A DNA stretch of 64,000 bases from a virus (IMGVR_UViG_3300013105_000002:64001-128000), one strand, 5' to 3'. Positions 11,401-20,164 are shown, counted from the stretch's first letter. Numbers and translations are program-made. Notes: generated from the letters alone by a model not told the origin.

Positions 11401-12198
11401 AGCCTGAGCGTTAACACCGCAACAGGCTTGCAGTCTCTGACTGGAAACGTCATGGACCAGATGATGTGGCAGAGCCGTGCTGTTGACATGTTGACTGGTG
11501 GTGGAGTCATCACCGTTGACACATCTTACAACATTAGATGGTCTCAGAAGTTCATGATCGCATCACTTGGTCGTGGAGCAAACTTCTACACAAACGGGTA
11601 CCTAGCAATTGACATGCCTCCTGTGGGAACGGTTATCAATGGCTACGGTGGAGCGCCTGCTACCACCACGGTTACCTCCGCTGGAATTACAATGCCGGTG
11701 TGGGGCGTGCTATACTACGTACCTACCTTTGGCACTGACGGATCAACAACCGATCAGACTGCGTGGAGAATGGTTGGATATTCTTCTGACTTCACCGTGC
11801 CTGCTCACTGGATTCCTATTGCAATCCGTAACTATGACCTTAACATGGTCTACTTCGGTAACGGAATCGGATACACGCCATGGTACACGCCTACGTTCAC
11901 AAACTCATGGGTGGCATTCGGTAACGCATCCTACCAGAACCCACAGTATCGACGTAACAGCATGGGTCGTGTGGAAATGCGTGGACTGATGAAGTCTGGA
12001 ACCGTAAACGTGCAGGCGTTCATGCTGCCTGCTGGGTTCAGACCAGTCAATGGTGAAATCTTCGTCACTGCTGCAAGCACTGGTATCGCAGACCTCAGAG
12101 TCTTTGTGTCCGGTGAAGTGAGAGTTGCTGGATACTTCGCTGGTGGAACAAACGGCTCCGTGTCGCTGTCGGGCGTGACCTTCACGGCTGAGAACTGA
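5407..12198 (+). CDS. Large tail fibre / receptor-binding protein with FN3 repeats and carbohydrate-binding-like modules
   Basis: 2263 aa. N-terminal repeats AP..PTGL...W..Y (FN3-like), internal NPNF..W and NL...S.FE modules, and a C-terminal fibre-tip motif (W...TFTNSW...YRR...GRVEMRG). Confidence 0.85.
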   Translation: MRFLLSDLQPGTAYVVRARSKNGSDFSDWSRDFSVSTSGDTVAPKTPTNPVGSMNGTSFTLKWDAVTQSADNSAASDLDRYEVEVSSTGSANTGVYVTKDTKFEFSFEQNVNLFGTPQANVRMRVRAVDSAGNASAYTALVAQTNPAPAAPTGFAGNAGQNSLSFSWNAVTDIDLKQYRIYSGTTSGTQGTLVWTGTALNATIQVTDTSTDRWYKVVAVDVFNTESAASNVVGPLKPLSPTTVDTVAPAVPTGLAGTLTNATDGKTASMAVTWTAVGDSDLDSYVVAFRQQASPVNDWQYVYVDKSLTSTTIQGLVPYKAYDIRIRAKDFSANYSNWTTIVAVSAQANTAPAVPTGLAVVAGRDNLQISWTENSEPDMANNAGTYDVTVATNSGFTTGVLQYRTGATTLSVNGLANNQIYYVRVRATDSGGLSSAYSSSVNATTSSFPSTALSDGAVPTGAVTLSASAGLGYVYLNWTPLANADPVIYDVYMSTTSGFTTYDATTKITEVSGTSAFIDTTVSGATLAYGTPYYFKVRARDRDGSSTSVSNQATATPLQAASADLDPAVNTSITNAQTAANNAQNTADTADALNANPNFSQWAGGAGTAPDNWAVWTNAPTKETTLVRTSPYSVRFNCTDTTTAKGIQQSAGNIPMAIGIEYVTLTYEVMLNSGTSFGGAGFLLDWTGMTGVNRATLPISSDITTPVTGKWYRVTKVVRRPTTATGTQTQYNLFIMGQYASIGSTPVVKDVVFNRVAVRPSTTEEIAAYNAAPVTMVSDLDARIASKATDLVTNGSGLLGTNYNFPGFDYNGADAPTGANGSFVIKTSANQSSTITENIPFDPTKAYKFSFQCRQTVPGATGNNMYGFLSAFDAFNLSIGPQNYMYIANTTTTLAAPLNPGDTTITLTSAANWFGQTGKPAGSSGYLRNAIFWDYVDAGGKAWPVGTYSRNLLSPNATSMWADGGITGNVITLSAPYAGTAKPAGTPLSNASAGGSYVYMPSATNTVVTETWTTYSDVFNAGIMNPALQAVTTTGNASWTTGMPPGTAKIRVGWLLNYPSGGGKLAVASVSLSDAAAAQAAAATAQSTADGKNKIIRTTADAAGTSGYVTGDLWWKLDGSGNVIKQWKYTVGTGWTVETLMDGVLGSLTANKISAGSTFTNDLGVKSTFTLGDATTPGVIKSYDYAANTTGFTLSSAGLQINNGDIDAKTLRANSSFVTNLFIGTGGAIQSTGYSSGVTGFRLSNTGLIIEGAGNTVSASVLKGGTITGTTITVGAGGVLIVDSTAAIRSNNYAIGSTGYRMDATGLEVNDGSIDAKALKTNTAVIGDLTIGRSADSLGTLKSFDYSAGTAGWKIGKGLFEINQGVIRAPALQIQSGASNLERPEYSAFEFGTNFYTGKFSTANATTSIQTSGGVQGNQFLRVSTTTAAAASCVIGDTATDYHVSVEAGKTYIISAWMKAATATAQSAYLRPRYSDGSFGSGGGATPSLPGSGAWARYSWAYTVPTGITNLVVQLFNNSTTAGAGVDIDGLMIEQQVGGLTTPSTYVMPGMTSADGGFLRTGQIVSNANVTVNGAQQPAWSINLSGGAQFGDAAIRGSLVVGPSTTTNLAPGSGNFESNVTGYTAYAVGGTGVALTRTTTVGELITGTGSMKVGWTTTPSKYGFSISLINGTVSPAGIPANNVVKIAMKVRGLNTGSSAGIDVYAEFLDGSNNVVYTTPNMLPTPTYLVPNTVMTINYNAVLPAGIANAASVRIVTTKTNTTPDSTGIIYDDVSVSASDDMGGSFISSGNYVVNDSGWKITSGGIAEFNNVIIRGGFESATSGLRWRIGTTPQWYGNTAEITAYNPSAGVTDSGKLLANPGGIYMYGAQAADVAGRPYISVSNQNFLDTAPNLYKGLLNMEASSIRITGTDGPAANGSKYGSQINIDANPDSAASPYNSASLHLRSVGIDGPASFVGSAQGEMYLLSDGGTGSTTSKLTLAVNGWFGGSAESSIILQRNSLSVNTATGLQSLTGNVMDQMMWQSRAVDMLTGGGVITVDTSYNIRWSQKFMIASLGRGANFYTNGYLAIDMPPVGTVINGYGGAPATTTVTSAGITMPVWGVLYYVPTFGTDGSTTDQTAWRMVGYSSDFTVPAHWIPIAIRNYDLNMVYFGNGIGYTPWYTPTFTNSWVAFGNASYQNPQYRRNSMGRVEMRGLMKSGTVNVQAFMLPAGFRPVNGEIFVTAASTGIADLRVFVSGEVRVAGYFAGGTNGSVSLSGVTFTAEN

Positions 12199-12200
12199 GA

Positions 12201-12230
12201 TTGACAGCAGGCCGGTAGGTCTGCTAGAGT
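12201..12230 (+). promoter_or_regulatory. Sigma70-type promoter
   Basis: TTGACA-N18-TAGAGT with an internal inverted repeat AGCAGGCC/GGTCTGCT. Confidence 0.6.
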
Positions 12231-12261
12231 AAGACTACAATTGAGAGAGGTTATACAAGAG

Positions 12262-12465
12262 ATGGATAACACACAGAAGTTGGAACTAAAGATTCAAGCA
12301 CTTAGAGAATCTCTAGCAAATAAGACTGCTCAGTATGAAGATCAGATCGCTGATCTACGTGTTGAGGTCACTTTGAGGGAACAGCAGTTGCAGGAAGTCT
12401 ATAAGCAACTGAAGGATACTCAGGAGAAGGACGTAGATGGGGATTCTGAGTCGGAAGAAGGCTGA
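12262..12465 (+). CDS. Small coiled-coil hypothetical protein
   Basis: Heptad-like Leu pattern; ATG follows an AG-rich RBS. Confidence 0.65.
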   Translation: MDNTQKLELKIQALRESLANKTAQYEDQIADLRVEVTLREQQLQEVYKQLKDTQEKDVDGDSESEEG

Positions 12466-12841
12466 GCCCATCAAGGTCGTTCCCATTGACTTCCCATCGG
12501 GAGTTTGTGTGAGAACTGACAAGGGTCACTTCTACATCAGCGGAAAGTACCGTCATCGTCTTGGCTCTCAGCGTGTCTTTGAGTCGTGGGCTTTTCCTAG
12601 GGTCATCAAGACTACCGAGTCTGCTCTTGCCAATTTTAGACAGGCAAAGACTCTCGGATTCAGGGACGGTACGCTGATCCGACAGACCTCCACAGGTCAT
12701 CTATACTTCATTTCTCAGAGGAAGCGCCGGTTGGTTACCAACCCAGACACTCTAACCGTTATGGGCCTAAAGCCCGAGGACGGTACGTGGGTGGCTGACT
12801 TTGAGGTGGAACTTCATGAGGAAGGAGAGAACCTAGAATGA
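12437..12841 (+). CDS. Hypothetical protein
   Basis: 134-aa ORF with an internal duplication (G..VRT.KG..Y.IS..R); overlaps neighbours. Confidence 0.7.
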   Translation: MGILSRKKAEPIKVVPIDFPSGVCVRTDKGHFYISGKYRHRLGSQRVFESWAFPRVIKTTESALANFRQAKTLGFRDGTLIRQTSTGHLYFISQRKRRLVTNPDTLTVMGLKPEDGTWVADFEVELHEEGENLE

Positions 12842-13272
12842 CACAACCATACAAGGCAGTATCATGGAACGAAGAACCTGTATCAACTGACAAGTTGAAC
12901 ACCATGACGAACAATGACCAGTGGCTCTTTGAGAACACACCCAGAATGAAGTACCATGGGTACAACCTCATCAAGACTTCTGGTCTGAAGATTTTGGCAA
13001 CATACGTTACCATTCCGCCGACAACTGCTACATCAGCAGGGCGAAACCTTTACTTCGGATCGTTCTTCTCGGCAGGCTGCCAGCCAATTGTCGTGGCATC
13101 ACCAGCATCAACAAACGCGCAGCGTAGATTTTTCATCGCTGTCAACGGAATCGGCAAGGCCGTTCCAGATCACAACGGAGCACAGATTTATCTTGTACCC
13201 TCTGAGGCAAACCCAAAGAACAACAAGATCGGCGCAACCGTTTACTGCCACGTGATCGCCATTGGCTGGTAA
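12838..13272 (+). CDS. Hypothetical protein (possible virion component)
   Basis: 144-aa ORF with ATGA overlap. Confidence 0.7.
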   Translation: MTQPYKAVSWNEEPVSTDKLNTMTNNDQWLFENTPRMKYHGYNLIKTSGLKILATYVTIPPTTATSAGRNLYFGSFFSAGCQPIVVASPASTNAQRRFFIAVNGIGKAVPDHNGAQIYLVPSEANPKNNKIGATVYCHVIAIGW

Positions 13273-13540
13273 CTACACACCAATCCAAGATTGGGCCGGT
13301 AGACAGACAAAGATAAATGAACATGGATACACACTAGTAAAGGTACCAGAACATCCAAAGTCTTTCTGCGGAGGATGGTATTACGAACACAGACTGGTTG
13401 CTGAGAAGCGATACGGTCGTGTGCTAAAGTCATGGGAGACGGTTCATCATATCTCAGAAGTCAAGACAGACTGTTCTTGGACTAATTTGATCGTGGTGAC
13501 TCGCAAGGAGCATGACAAGGCAGTGTGGTTGACAGCATAA
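13262..13540 (+). CDS. HNH endonuclease
   Basis: YEHRLVAE...VHHI...D...NL motif. Confidence 0.8.
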   Translation: MAGNYTPIQDWAGRQTKINEHGYTLVKVPEHPKSFCGGWYYEHRLVAEKRYGRVLKSWETVHHISEVKTDCSWTNLIVVTRKEHDKAVWLTA

Positions 13541-13558
13541 TGACTCGTAGGGTAGACT
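13529..13558 (+). promoter_or_regulatory. Sigma70-type promoter
   Basis: TTGACA-N18-TAGACT. Confidence 0.65.
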
Positions 13559-13564
13559 TGACCT

Positions 13565-14254
13565 ATGAAGACTGTCAACATTAGCAAGAAGGTAAGGGCT
13601 TTCGTTGTAGAAATACTACTAACAGCCGTTGCCTTCTTTGCTTTTATGATCCCATCCTCAGCAGCAGCACCCACACCTCAGGCGATTTGCGTGCCGGGTG
13701 TCACGTGTGTTACACTGCCCCCAGTCACTGTAGAAGTGCCGAAGTTGGTCACTGTGAAGGTTACACTTCCGGCAGCCACAGTCACGGTGCCCGGTGCTGT
13801 CAGAACGATTACACAGACAGTGACCAAGGTCATTAATGGATCAGTGACGAGAACCGTCACAGTCCCTGTGCGCGTGACAGCGCCAGCAGTGCAGGGTCCG
13901 GTCAACACCGTGACTCGCACGCTCAGGGAGACAGTCACAATCGGACAGAATGGACAGCCCACCATGGGCCGTGCTACAGTTGTCCAAGACCCAGCACCAG
14001 CAGCAAGCACTGCCACGGTAACGGGAACCCCTAGCCCAAACGTCACGAGAAACGTCGAGACGGTCAAGCAGGGTGAGACGGTAACATTGACCAGACTGAA
14101 GTTGGTTGGAATTTCTCTGGCCGCTCTGATCATCGGTGCAGCCCTAGCAGGGCTCGCGGTGCTCCTAGCATACAGGTTCGGATGGATCAACGGAGACTCT
14201 GGCAATAGAGAGTTCATCGAGGAAACTGTCGATGACCTCAAAAATAACAGGTAA
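13565..14254 (+). CDS. Membrane-anchored Thr/Val/Pro-rich surface protein
   Basis: N-terminal hydrophobic signal-like segment, TVT-repeat stalk, C-terminal transmembrane helix. Confidence 0.7.
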   Translation: MKTVNISKKVRAFVVEILLTAVAFFAFMIPSSAAAPTPQAICVPGVTCVTLPPVTVEVPKLVTVKVTLPAATVTVPGAVRTITQTVTKVINGSVTRTVTVPVRVTAPAVQGPVNTVTRTLRETVTIGQNGQPTMGRATVVQDPAPAASTATVTGTPSPNVTRNVETVKQGETVTLTRLKLVGISLAALIIGAALAGLAVLLAYRFGWINGDSGNREFIEETVDDLKNNR

Positions 14255-14262
14255 GGACATTA

Positions 14263-15054
14263 ATGAGCAACACGTTCAAATGGGCGTTTGTTGGCGACCT
14301 TCAGATTCCATATGAGGATCAGCGGGCGGTAGCCCTGTGGTTCAAGGTCATGAAGAGTTGGAAGCCAGACGCCATTGATCTAGTAGGAGACATTGATGAC
14401 CAGTTGGAGTATTCTTCCTTTTCTGACGGAACCACTGACGAGTTCTTTGCACAGTTGAAGAAGGAAGAAGACCCTTCTCCGCTGGCATTCATCAAGAAGA
14501 ACGCAGATGGTGCGAAGTCCTTCTACGCAAAGATCAGAAAGCAGCATCCCGATGCAGACATTCATTCGTCTCTCGGTAACCACGATATCAGAATCTTCAA
14601 GTATATTGACAAGAAGGCCCCGGCGTACAATGACTTCGTGACGCCAAATACTCTGTGGGGTCTGGATGACGCCGGTATCACATGGAGACAGTATAGCGAT
14701 AAGCCATTTGAAAGGCACGGAGGTATCTATGTCCATCACGGAGCAACTACCACCACATCTGGCCTTGCTGTCAAGTCAAATATCGAAGAGTATGATGTTT
14801 CCCTTGTCCGTGGGCATGACCATCGCGGCGGTGTCGTCTATAAGTCGTACCCGCTGTCTGGAAGAACGCTACAGGGAATGGGAACGGGGCACATGTGTGA
14901 TCCAGACCTATACGGTCTACAGTACACAATCAATCCGTCATGGGAACTGGGCTTTGGAATTGCCCATGTAGTTGACGGACATGCCCACCTTCAGTTTATC
15001 CCGATCACCAAGGATTACACCTGCGTTGTGGATGGACGCGCATTCCAAGGATAG
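14263..15054 (+). CDS. Calcineurin-like metallophosphoesterase
   Basis: GDLQ, GDIDD, GNHD, HHG and GHDH motifs. Confidence 0.85.
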   Translation: MSNTFKWAFVGDLQIPYEDQRAVALWFKVMKSWKPDAIDLVGDIDDQLEYSSFSDGTTDEFFAQLKKEEDPSPLAFIKKNADGAKSFYAKIRKQHPDADIHSSLGNHDIRIFKYIDKKAPAYNDFVTPNTLWGLDDAGITWRQYSDKPFERHGGIYVHHGATTTTSGLAVKSNIEEYDVSLVRGHDHRGGVVYKSYPLSGRTLQGMGTGHMCDPDLYGLQYTINPSWELGFGIAHVVDGHAHLQFIPITKDYTCVVDGRAFQG

Positions 15055-15103
15055 TCCAGTGGTATAATGGAGTATATCTTGGAGCAAAGGAGGTAAAAAA
15101 CAA

Positions 15104-15430
15104 GTGGTTGGATTTATTGTATTCGGATCAGTTCTGCTGGTCGTTCTGGCAACGTCTCTTATCAAGAACGTCAAGATGAGTGACCGTGTAAAGAACCTGA
15201 TTGCCGTCGTGCTATCAACTGTGGCCGGTGTGATCATCGATCTACAGACCCACGGTTTCGACTTTGGCTCCTATGCAGCGCAGGACGTTCTGGGAACGGT
15301 TCTAGTGATCTATGGTGCTTCTCAGGCAGTCTACAACTTCATTCTGAAGGGAACTACCGTTGAGGCGAAGTTGGAGCAGGTTGAGGTCATTCCTGTAAAG
15401 GATGACAATGTGAATCGGGAGGGCTTCTGA
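15104..15430 (+). CDS. Holin-like membrane protein
   Basis: 108 aa, three hydrophobic segments, charged C-terminus, GTG start after AAGGAGG. Confidence 0.55.
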   Translation: MVGFIVFGSVLLVVLATSLIKNVKMSDRVKNLIAVVLSTVAGVIIDLQTHGFDFGSYAAQDVLGTVLVIYGASQAVYNFILKGTTVEAKLEQVEVIPVKDDNVNREGF

Positions 15431-15431
15431 T

Positions 15432-15947
15432 TTGGCCCTTCCTAAAAAGAAGAAGGTTCCGCGCAAGCGCTATTTCTACTGGAATGGTGAAGTCCACAAG
15501 GTTCTGAGGATTGTATACCCGCAGAACCTTGTGGAAGCGTGGAACTTCCCACAGAGAAAGTCTGTGGCATTGCTATACACAGATTACCGCCGTGACGCAG
15601 GAGTTGCCCTACAGACACATGATGTGGCAGACTTGTTCAACGTCGAAGTGAAGGTGCTGAAGAGAGCACTGCAACGCGGCGACATTGCACGCCCACAGCG
15701 TACCTACGCTTTGGACGGCAGATTTAACGCACGTGACTACCGTTGGTCCGAGAAGGACATTCTAGACGCCCACGATGCGCTTCTGTCTCGTCACATGGGA
15801 AGACCTCGCCGTGATGGTAAGATCACCCCGAACAAGAACCTACCGACAAGGGCTGAACTAATAGCCAAGTTGCGTGGCGAGCAGACTCTCTACATTCAAA
15901 CAGATGATGGTCGAATGGTACCAGTGTTTGAAGCACAAAGATGGTAG
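15432..15947 (+). CDS. Putative helix-turn-helix DNA-binding protein
   Basis: THDVADLFNVEVKVLKRAL MerR-like HTH; basic protein. Confidence 0.6.
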   Translation: MALPKKKKVPRKRYFYWNGEVHKVLRIVYPQNLVEAWNFPQRKSVALLYTDYRRDAGVALQTHDVADLFNVEVKVLKRALQRGDIARPQRTYALDGRFNARDYRWSEKDILDAHDALLSRHMGRPRRDGKITPNKNLPTRAELIAKLRGEQTLYIQTDDGRMVPVFEAQRW

Positions 15948-15960
15948 GAGGCCATATACA

Positions 15961-16284
15961 TTGAGTAAGAATTTGAAGTACAAGCCGACAAAGCAGTACA
16001 TCGGAGTAGATACCGGATTCATTCAGGCGGCTACGCTGCTTGACATGGCAGCCGTAAATGCTGTAGAGTCAAAGGACTTCGCAGCAGTAGCGCAGATCGC
16101 TAGGCAGTGGGTAGAACTCTCACTTGCGATGAAGGCAGCGCTTACCCCTGAGCCGGGTGGCGAAGACGATGACGAGGAAGACCACGGATCATCCCATGAA
16201 CATGGGCCGGTAGGTTTTGGAGTCACCGTAAAAGACATTAAGGAGCATAATGACAGAATCAGCCGTGCAGCCCGCGAGGATTAG
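15961..16284 (+). CDS. Hypothetical protein
   Basis: TTG start after AGGAGG, in frame with ORF-track 15874-16284. Confidence 0.6.
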   Translation: MSKNLKYKPTKQYIGVDTGFIQAATLLDMAAVNAVESKDFAAVAQIARQWVELSLAMKAALTPEPGGEDDDEEDHGSSHEHGPVGFGVTVKDIKEHNDRISRAARED

Positions 16285-16462
16285 AGTCGGGTACCACTAC
16301 ACTGTAAACATGGGTAACTACGAGAGTGCCAAGATTGTGGTGGAGATTGAGGACAACGTGCGTGATGGTGAGACTGTAAAGTCTGCATACCTACGCGTCA
16401 AGCAGTTCGTCTCGGATGAAGTAGAGAGCGAAGTAGCCGAGGCCCATAAGCAGGCCAAGTAA
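16250..16462 (+). CDS. Hypothetical protein
   Basis: 70-aa ORF after GGAG, coupled to the next gene. Confidence 0.65.
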   Translation: MTESAVQPARIRVGYHYTVNMGNYESAKIVVEIEDNVRDGETVKSAYLRVKQFVSDEVESEVAEAHKQAK

Positions 16463-16806
16463 TGGCTAAGATCACTACGCAGCAGACACACACCTTGATC
16501 AGTCTGTTCCTGAAGCATTACAAGGATCGGTACGGAAGAGACCCTTTGAACTTCAACCGTTACCGTGACAAGTGGGGTTTCCAGTCAATGGCTGAAGACC
16601 TTGGCGTTGAGCGTGCCAAGGAAGTGATATCCTACTACTTTGAGACTGGTAAGGCGGGCCATCCTACCTCCTACCTGTTGCACAACTATGACAAGATCAA
16701 TGCTCACATGATTGATCGTGAAGAGGATGCGATCAACCGCAAGAAGTTGATGGAAGAGTCAGCAAAGCGTGTTGAGGAATGGAGGGCCAAGAAGAATGGC
16801 AAGTAA
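16462..16806 (+). CDS. Hypothetical protein (possible helicase loader)
   Basis: 114 aa, directly upstream of and overlapping DnaB; function is a positional guess. Confidence 0.6.
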   Translation: MAKITTQQTHTLISLFLKHYKDRYGRDPLNFNRYRDKWGFQSMAEDLGVERAKEVISYYFETGKAGHPTSYLLHNYDKINAHMIDREEDAINRKKLMEESAKRVEEWRAKKNGK

Positions 16807-18013
16807 GGAAGCGGCGGTACTAGCCGCTGTAATCGAAAACAAGGACGTTCACGTCATCCTCGGTGAGAACCCGGAACTATTCGGATTCTACAAGGACGGC
16901 ATGGAGTGGATCAAGAGGCACTACGTCCACCACCGATCAGTTCCAAGTCGTGACCTCTTTGCTGGCGAGTTTCCCGATATCGAACTTCCACAGGTCGATG
17001 CACCCAGCAAGTATTACCTAGAAACCCTGAAGTCTGAGTTCCTGACGAACCGTATGCAGGAAATCATGCTGAAGGCCGCATCTGCAAAGGACACTCTGCC
17101 ACCGGCTGAGATTCTACAGAAGATGCAAACATCGCTGGCTCGTCTGGGCCAGTACGCAACACAGTCACGTGACCTTTCCCTTATCGACTCTGAAGATGCA
17201 GCCATGCATTTTGAGCGAGTGCGTGAGGTAACAGACGCCAACGGTGGCACGCCCGGTATTTCCATGGGCCTTGACGCCATCGACAGCGCCTACGTGACGG
17301 GTATGGCACCCGGCCACTCCATCATCATGATGGGTTATACTGGTCGAGCCAAGTCCATGTTCTCCGCTTTCGTGGCGGTGCAGGCATGGCTACAGGGCTA
17401 CAAGGTCATGATCATTTCTCTGGAAATGTCTCCCGAGGAATACCGTGATCGTGTGTATGCCATGATGAGTGAGGGTATGTTCAAGATTTCAGACCTGTCC
17501 CGTGGTGATGTTGACCCGGATCAGTTCCGGACTTGGGCATCAAAGAAGTTCAAGGACGCCGCTGACTTCATTGTGGTTTCCAACGAGGGTGCGTCTGTGG
17601 TTACGCCTAATCTGGTTCAGGCCAAGATTGACACCCACCGACCTGATCTGGTAGTGTTGGACTACTTGCAGTTGATGCAGGACAACGCAAAGACTCAGGC
17701 CATGACTCCGAGAATGATGAACCTTTCTCGTGAAATCAAGTTGATGGCAGTCAGCAACAGCATTCCGATCATTTCGATCACCGCTGTTACGGACGAGGAC
17801 AACGACAAGCGCGATGGTCCTCCTATGCTTAGCCAGATTTCATGGTCATCGGCTATTGAGTACGATGCAAACCTCGTTATGGCAGTCCACAGACACGACG
17901 ACACCAACTCGGTGGAGGTCATCTGTAGAAAGAACCGAAATGGCGACATGTTCGGCGTGTTCTACGAGGTAGACTTCAATGCAGGAGTCTGGGTAGAAAG
18001 ATTTGGCACGTAA
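16796..18013 (+). CDS. dnaB: DnaB-like replicative helicase
   Basis: Walker A GYTGRAKS, ISLEM, LVVLDYLQLM and KNRNG motifs. Confidence 0.92.
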   Translation: MASKEAAVLAAVIENKDVHVILGENPELFGFYKDGMEWIKRHYVHHRSVPSRDLFAGEFPDIELPQVDAPSKYYLETLKSEFLTNRMQEIMLKAASAKDTLPPAEILQKMQTSLARLGQYATQSRDLSLIDSEDAAMHFERVREVTDANGGTPGISMGLDAIDSAYVTGMAPGHSIIMMGYTGRAKSMFSAFVAVQAWLQGYKVMIISLEMSPEEYRDRVYAMMSEGMFKISDLSRGDVDPDQFRTWASKKFKDAADFIVVSNEGASVVTPNLVQAKIDTHRPDLVVLDYLQLMQDNAKTQAMTPRMMNLSREIKLMAVSNSIPIISITAVTDEDNDKRDGPPMLSQISWSSAIEYDANLVMAVHRHDDTNSVEVICRKNRNGDMFGVFYEVDFNAGVWVERFGT

Positions 18014-18327
18014 TGATTCAGCACAAGAATATCAAGCGATTTCATTTGGAGTCCACCATCGTGGACGACTCGCATTTCATCCGGCAGCGTGAGTCGCAGG
18101 AGCAACTGCTTGTACAACAGATGAAAGACCTTGGCTATATTCCTGTGCTCGATCTGGGGCCATTCTGGTCTACATCACTGAACGAGAAGGGCCGGTACGA
18201 GTCGGTCCTGTCCATCTATGGAGTGTATATAGGAGTTAAGAAGTCATGGGAGTATATGGGAGTGGACGGAGCAGGCAATCTGTATCCAAGCAGTACACCG
18301 AAGGCCAAGTCCGATCAGTCCTCCTGA
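18013..18327 (+). CDS. Hypothetical protein
   Basis: 104-aa ORF between helicase and primase. Confidence 0.65.
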   Translation: MIQHKNIKRFHLESTIVDDSHFIRQRESQEQLLVQQMKDLGYIPVLDLGPFWSTSLNEKGRYESVLSIYGVYIGVKKSWEYMGVDGAGNLYPSSTPKAKSDQSS

Positions 18328-19334
18328 CTCTTGGGATCACCATTGATGGTGAGACTTTCAATGATTTCACGTGCATGTGTCCATTTCATGGAAACAGGCA
18401 CACACCCTCCATGTCGGTCGGAAAGACCAATGGGAAGTTCCTGTGCTTCAATGGTTCCTGTGGAGCCTCTGGTGACCTGACCGAACTGGTCAAGTCCATT
18501 AAGCACACCAACGAATTCCAGACGGCAAGGCTCATCGCCAAGGCCAAGAAGGACGATCCTACCGATTTTACAACCCTTCTCACGAAGGCGTTGGAGCCGG
18601 TGGACTTCAAGGAGTGGCAGTATGCCTCCACCATTCCAGCAATGGAAGAACGCCTCTTTGAGAGCGAAAAGGCATATGACTACATGGTCAACACACGCGG
18701 GTTCGAAGAATCCGTTCTCCGCGAGTACCATGTAGGATACAACGCAAAGCGAGACCTGATCTGCGTACCCATGTACACTGAAAAGGGATTGTGCGTTGGT
18801 GTGGTGGGTCGCCCGGTGCAGAAGGGCAAGGTAGCCTTCAAGAACTCACCGGGTCTACCACAGTCGAAGACGCTATGGAACATCCATAACGCAAAGCGAA
18901 CTGGCGACGTAGTTATCGTGTGTGAAGCAACTTTCGACGCCATGAAGATCGTCCAAGCAGGTTATCCAAATGTTGTAGCCTGCTTGGGCGGTAACTTCAG
19001 CGAGTACCACGCGCAGCAGTTGAGAAAGTATTTCAACACTGTCATCATCATGACGGACTTTGACGATGCAGAAAAGTACAAGTACAAGGATTGCCGCAAG
19101 TGTTTCAAGCGTGGCCTGAAGGAATGCGTTGGTCACAATCCGGGTCGAGCAACCGGAGAGAAGATTGCCGATTTGATGACCGGAAAGGCTGTCAAGTGGG
19201 CGGCGTATGATCACAAGTTGATCTACCCGAATGGTGCCAAAGACCCCGACGAAGCCGGGACGGCAGCCATTCGCCAGTGCATCCAGAACTCAGTCACGAA
19301 CTTTGAATATCAGAGTTGGGGTATTGCCTCGTAG
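18246..19334 (+). CDS. dnaG: DNA primase (CHC2 zinc finger + TOPRIM)
   Basis: CPFH...TPS...CFNGSC zinc finger; VCEATFDAM and TDFDD TOPRIM motifs; KDPDE. Confidence 0.9.
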   Translation: MGVYGSGRSRQSVSKQYTEGQVRSVLLTLGITIDGETFNDFTCMCPFHGNRHTPSMSVGKTNGKFLCFNGSCGASGDLTELVKSIKHTNEFQTARLIAKAKKDDPTDFTTLLTKALEPVDFKEWQYASTIPAMEERLFESEKAYDYMVNTRGFEESVLREYHVGYNAKRDLICVPMYTEKGLCVGVVGRPVQKGKVAFKNSPGLPQSKTLWNIHNAKRTGDVVIVCEATFDAMKIVQAGYPNVVACLGGNFSEYHAQQLRKYFNTVIIMTDFDDAEKYKYKDCRKCFKRGLKECVGHNPGRATGEKIADLMTGKAVKWAAYDHKLIYPNGAKDPDEAGTAAIRQCIQNSVTNFEYQSWGIAS

Positions 19335-19352
19335 CCCTTGGTCTGGTATAAT
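19324..19352 (+). promoter_or_regulatory. Sigma70-type promoter for SSB
   Basis: TTGCCT-N17-TATAAT. Confidence 0.65.
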
Positions 19353-19409
19353 AGACAGTACGGCCAAAGCGAACAACGGCCAAATAACACTAGGAGAAAT
19401 AAAACATAC

Positions 19410-20132
19410 ATGGGTATTCAAGAGGGACTTGACGCCATCAAGGCGTATAAGGCAGAGCAGGAGCGTCGTAAGGAAGCGGCGGACAAGCCAAAGACAGTTT
19501 GGCTGAACATTCCAGATGGAAAGACTTTCGAGATTCGATTCCTACAGGAGTTGGACAAGAGTGGTGCCGGGTATTCTGAGAAGAACGGTCTAGGATTCTT
19601 CGCCACGGAGCACTCAAACCCTGATGACTTCCGCAAGAAGGCACTATGCACCATCGAGACTGGTGAGTGCTACGGCTGCGAGCAGAAGGAACTATTCTAC
19701 AAGGCAAAGGACAATGTGCGCGGTGGTGGCTGGAAGGCCAAGAGCCGTCTGTACATCAACGTTCTGGTCCGTGACGACAAGGGCGAGGAATACGTCGCTG
19801 TCATGTCACAGCCGAACGGTGCAAAGTCCGTCATTGCACCAATGCTTGTCGATGAGGCAATCGACGGTGGCGTGACTGGTGCATGGTGGAAGATCACCCG
19901 TACTGGCAAGGGTTCCGAGACGGCCTACCGTGCTCGTATTTCCCCGCCGAAGGATGACGTTAACCCAGAGGACTACGAGTTGTTCGACCTGAAGAACTGC
20001 GTCCGTGAGGTTGACTACGAAGACCAGCCTGAGCATTTCTCAGTAACCGCAGAGCGTCCTGACTCTGGCGGCGAGCGAGAGACAGCATCGGCTGGATCAA
20101 GCAGCAAGGTTGACACCTCCGAAGAGTGGTGA
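19410..20132 (+). CDS. Single-stranded DNA-binding protein (gp32-like)
   Basis: IRFL...C...C..C zinc site, YINVLV, ITRTGKGSETAY, acidic tail ending in EEW. Confidence 0.75.
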   Translation: MGIQEGLDAIKAYKAEQERRKEAADKPKTVWLNIPDGKTFEIRFLQELDKSGAGYSEKNGLGFFATEHSNPDDFRKKALCTIETGECYGCEQKELFYKAKDNVRGGGWKAKSRLYINVLVRDDKGEEYVAVMSQPNGAKSVIAPMLVDEAIDGGVTGAWWKITRTGKGSETAYRARISPPKDDVNPEDYELFDLKNCVREVDYEDQPEHFSVTAERPDSGGERETASAGSSSKVDTSEEW

Positions 20133-20138
20133 AACTAG

Positions 20139-20164
20139 GAGGCAGGGCCGAAAGGCCCTGCCTC
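20139..20164 (+). terminator. Terminator-like hairpin
   Basis: GAGGCAGGGCC-GAAA-GGCCCTGCCTC, an 11-bp perfect stem; weak U tract. Confidence 0.7.
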
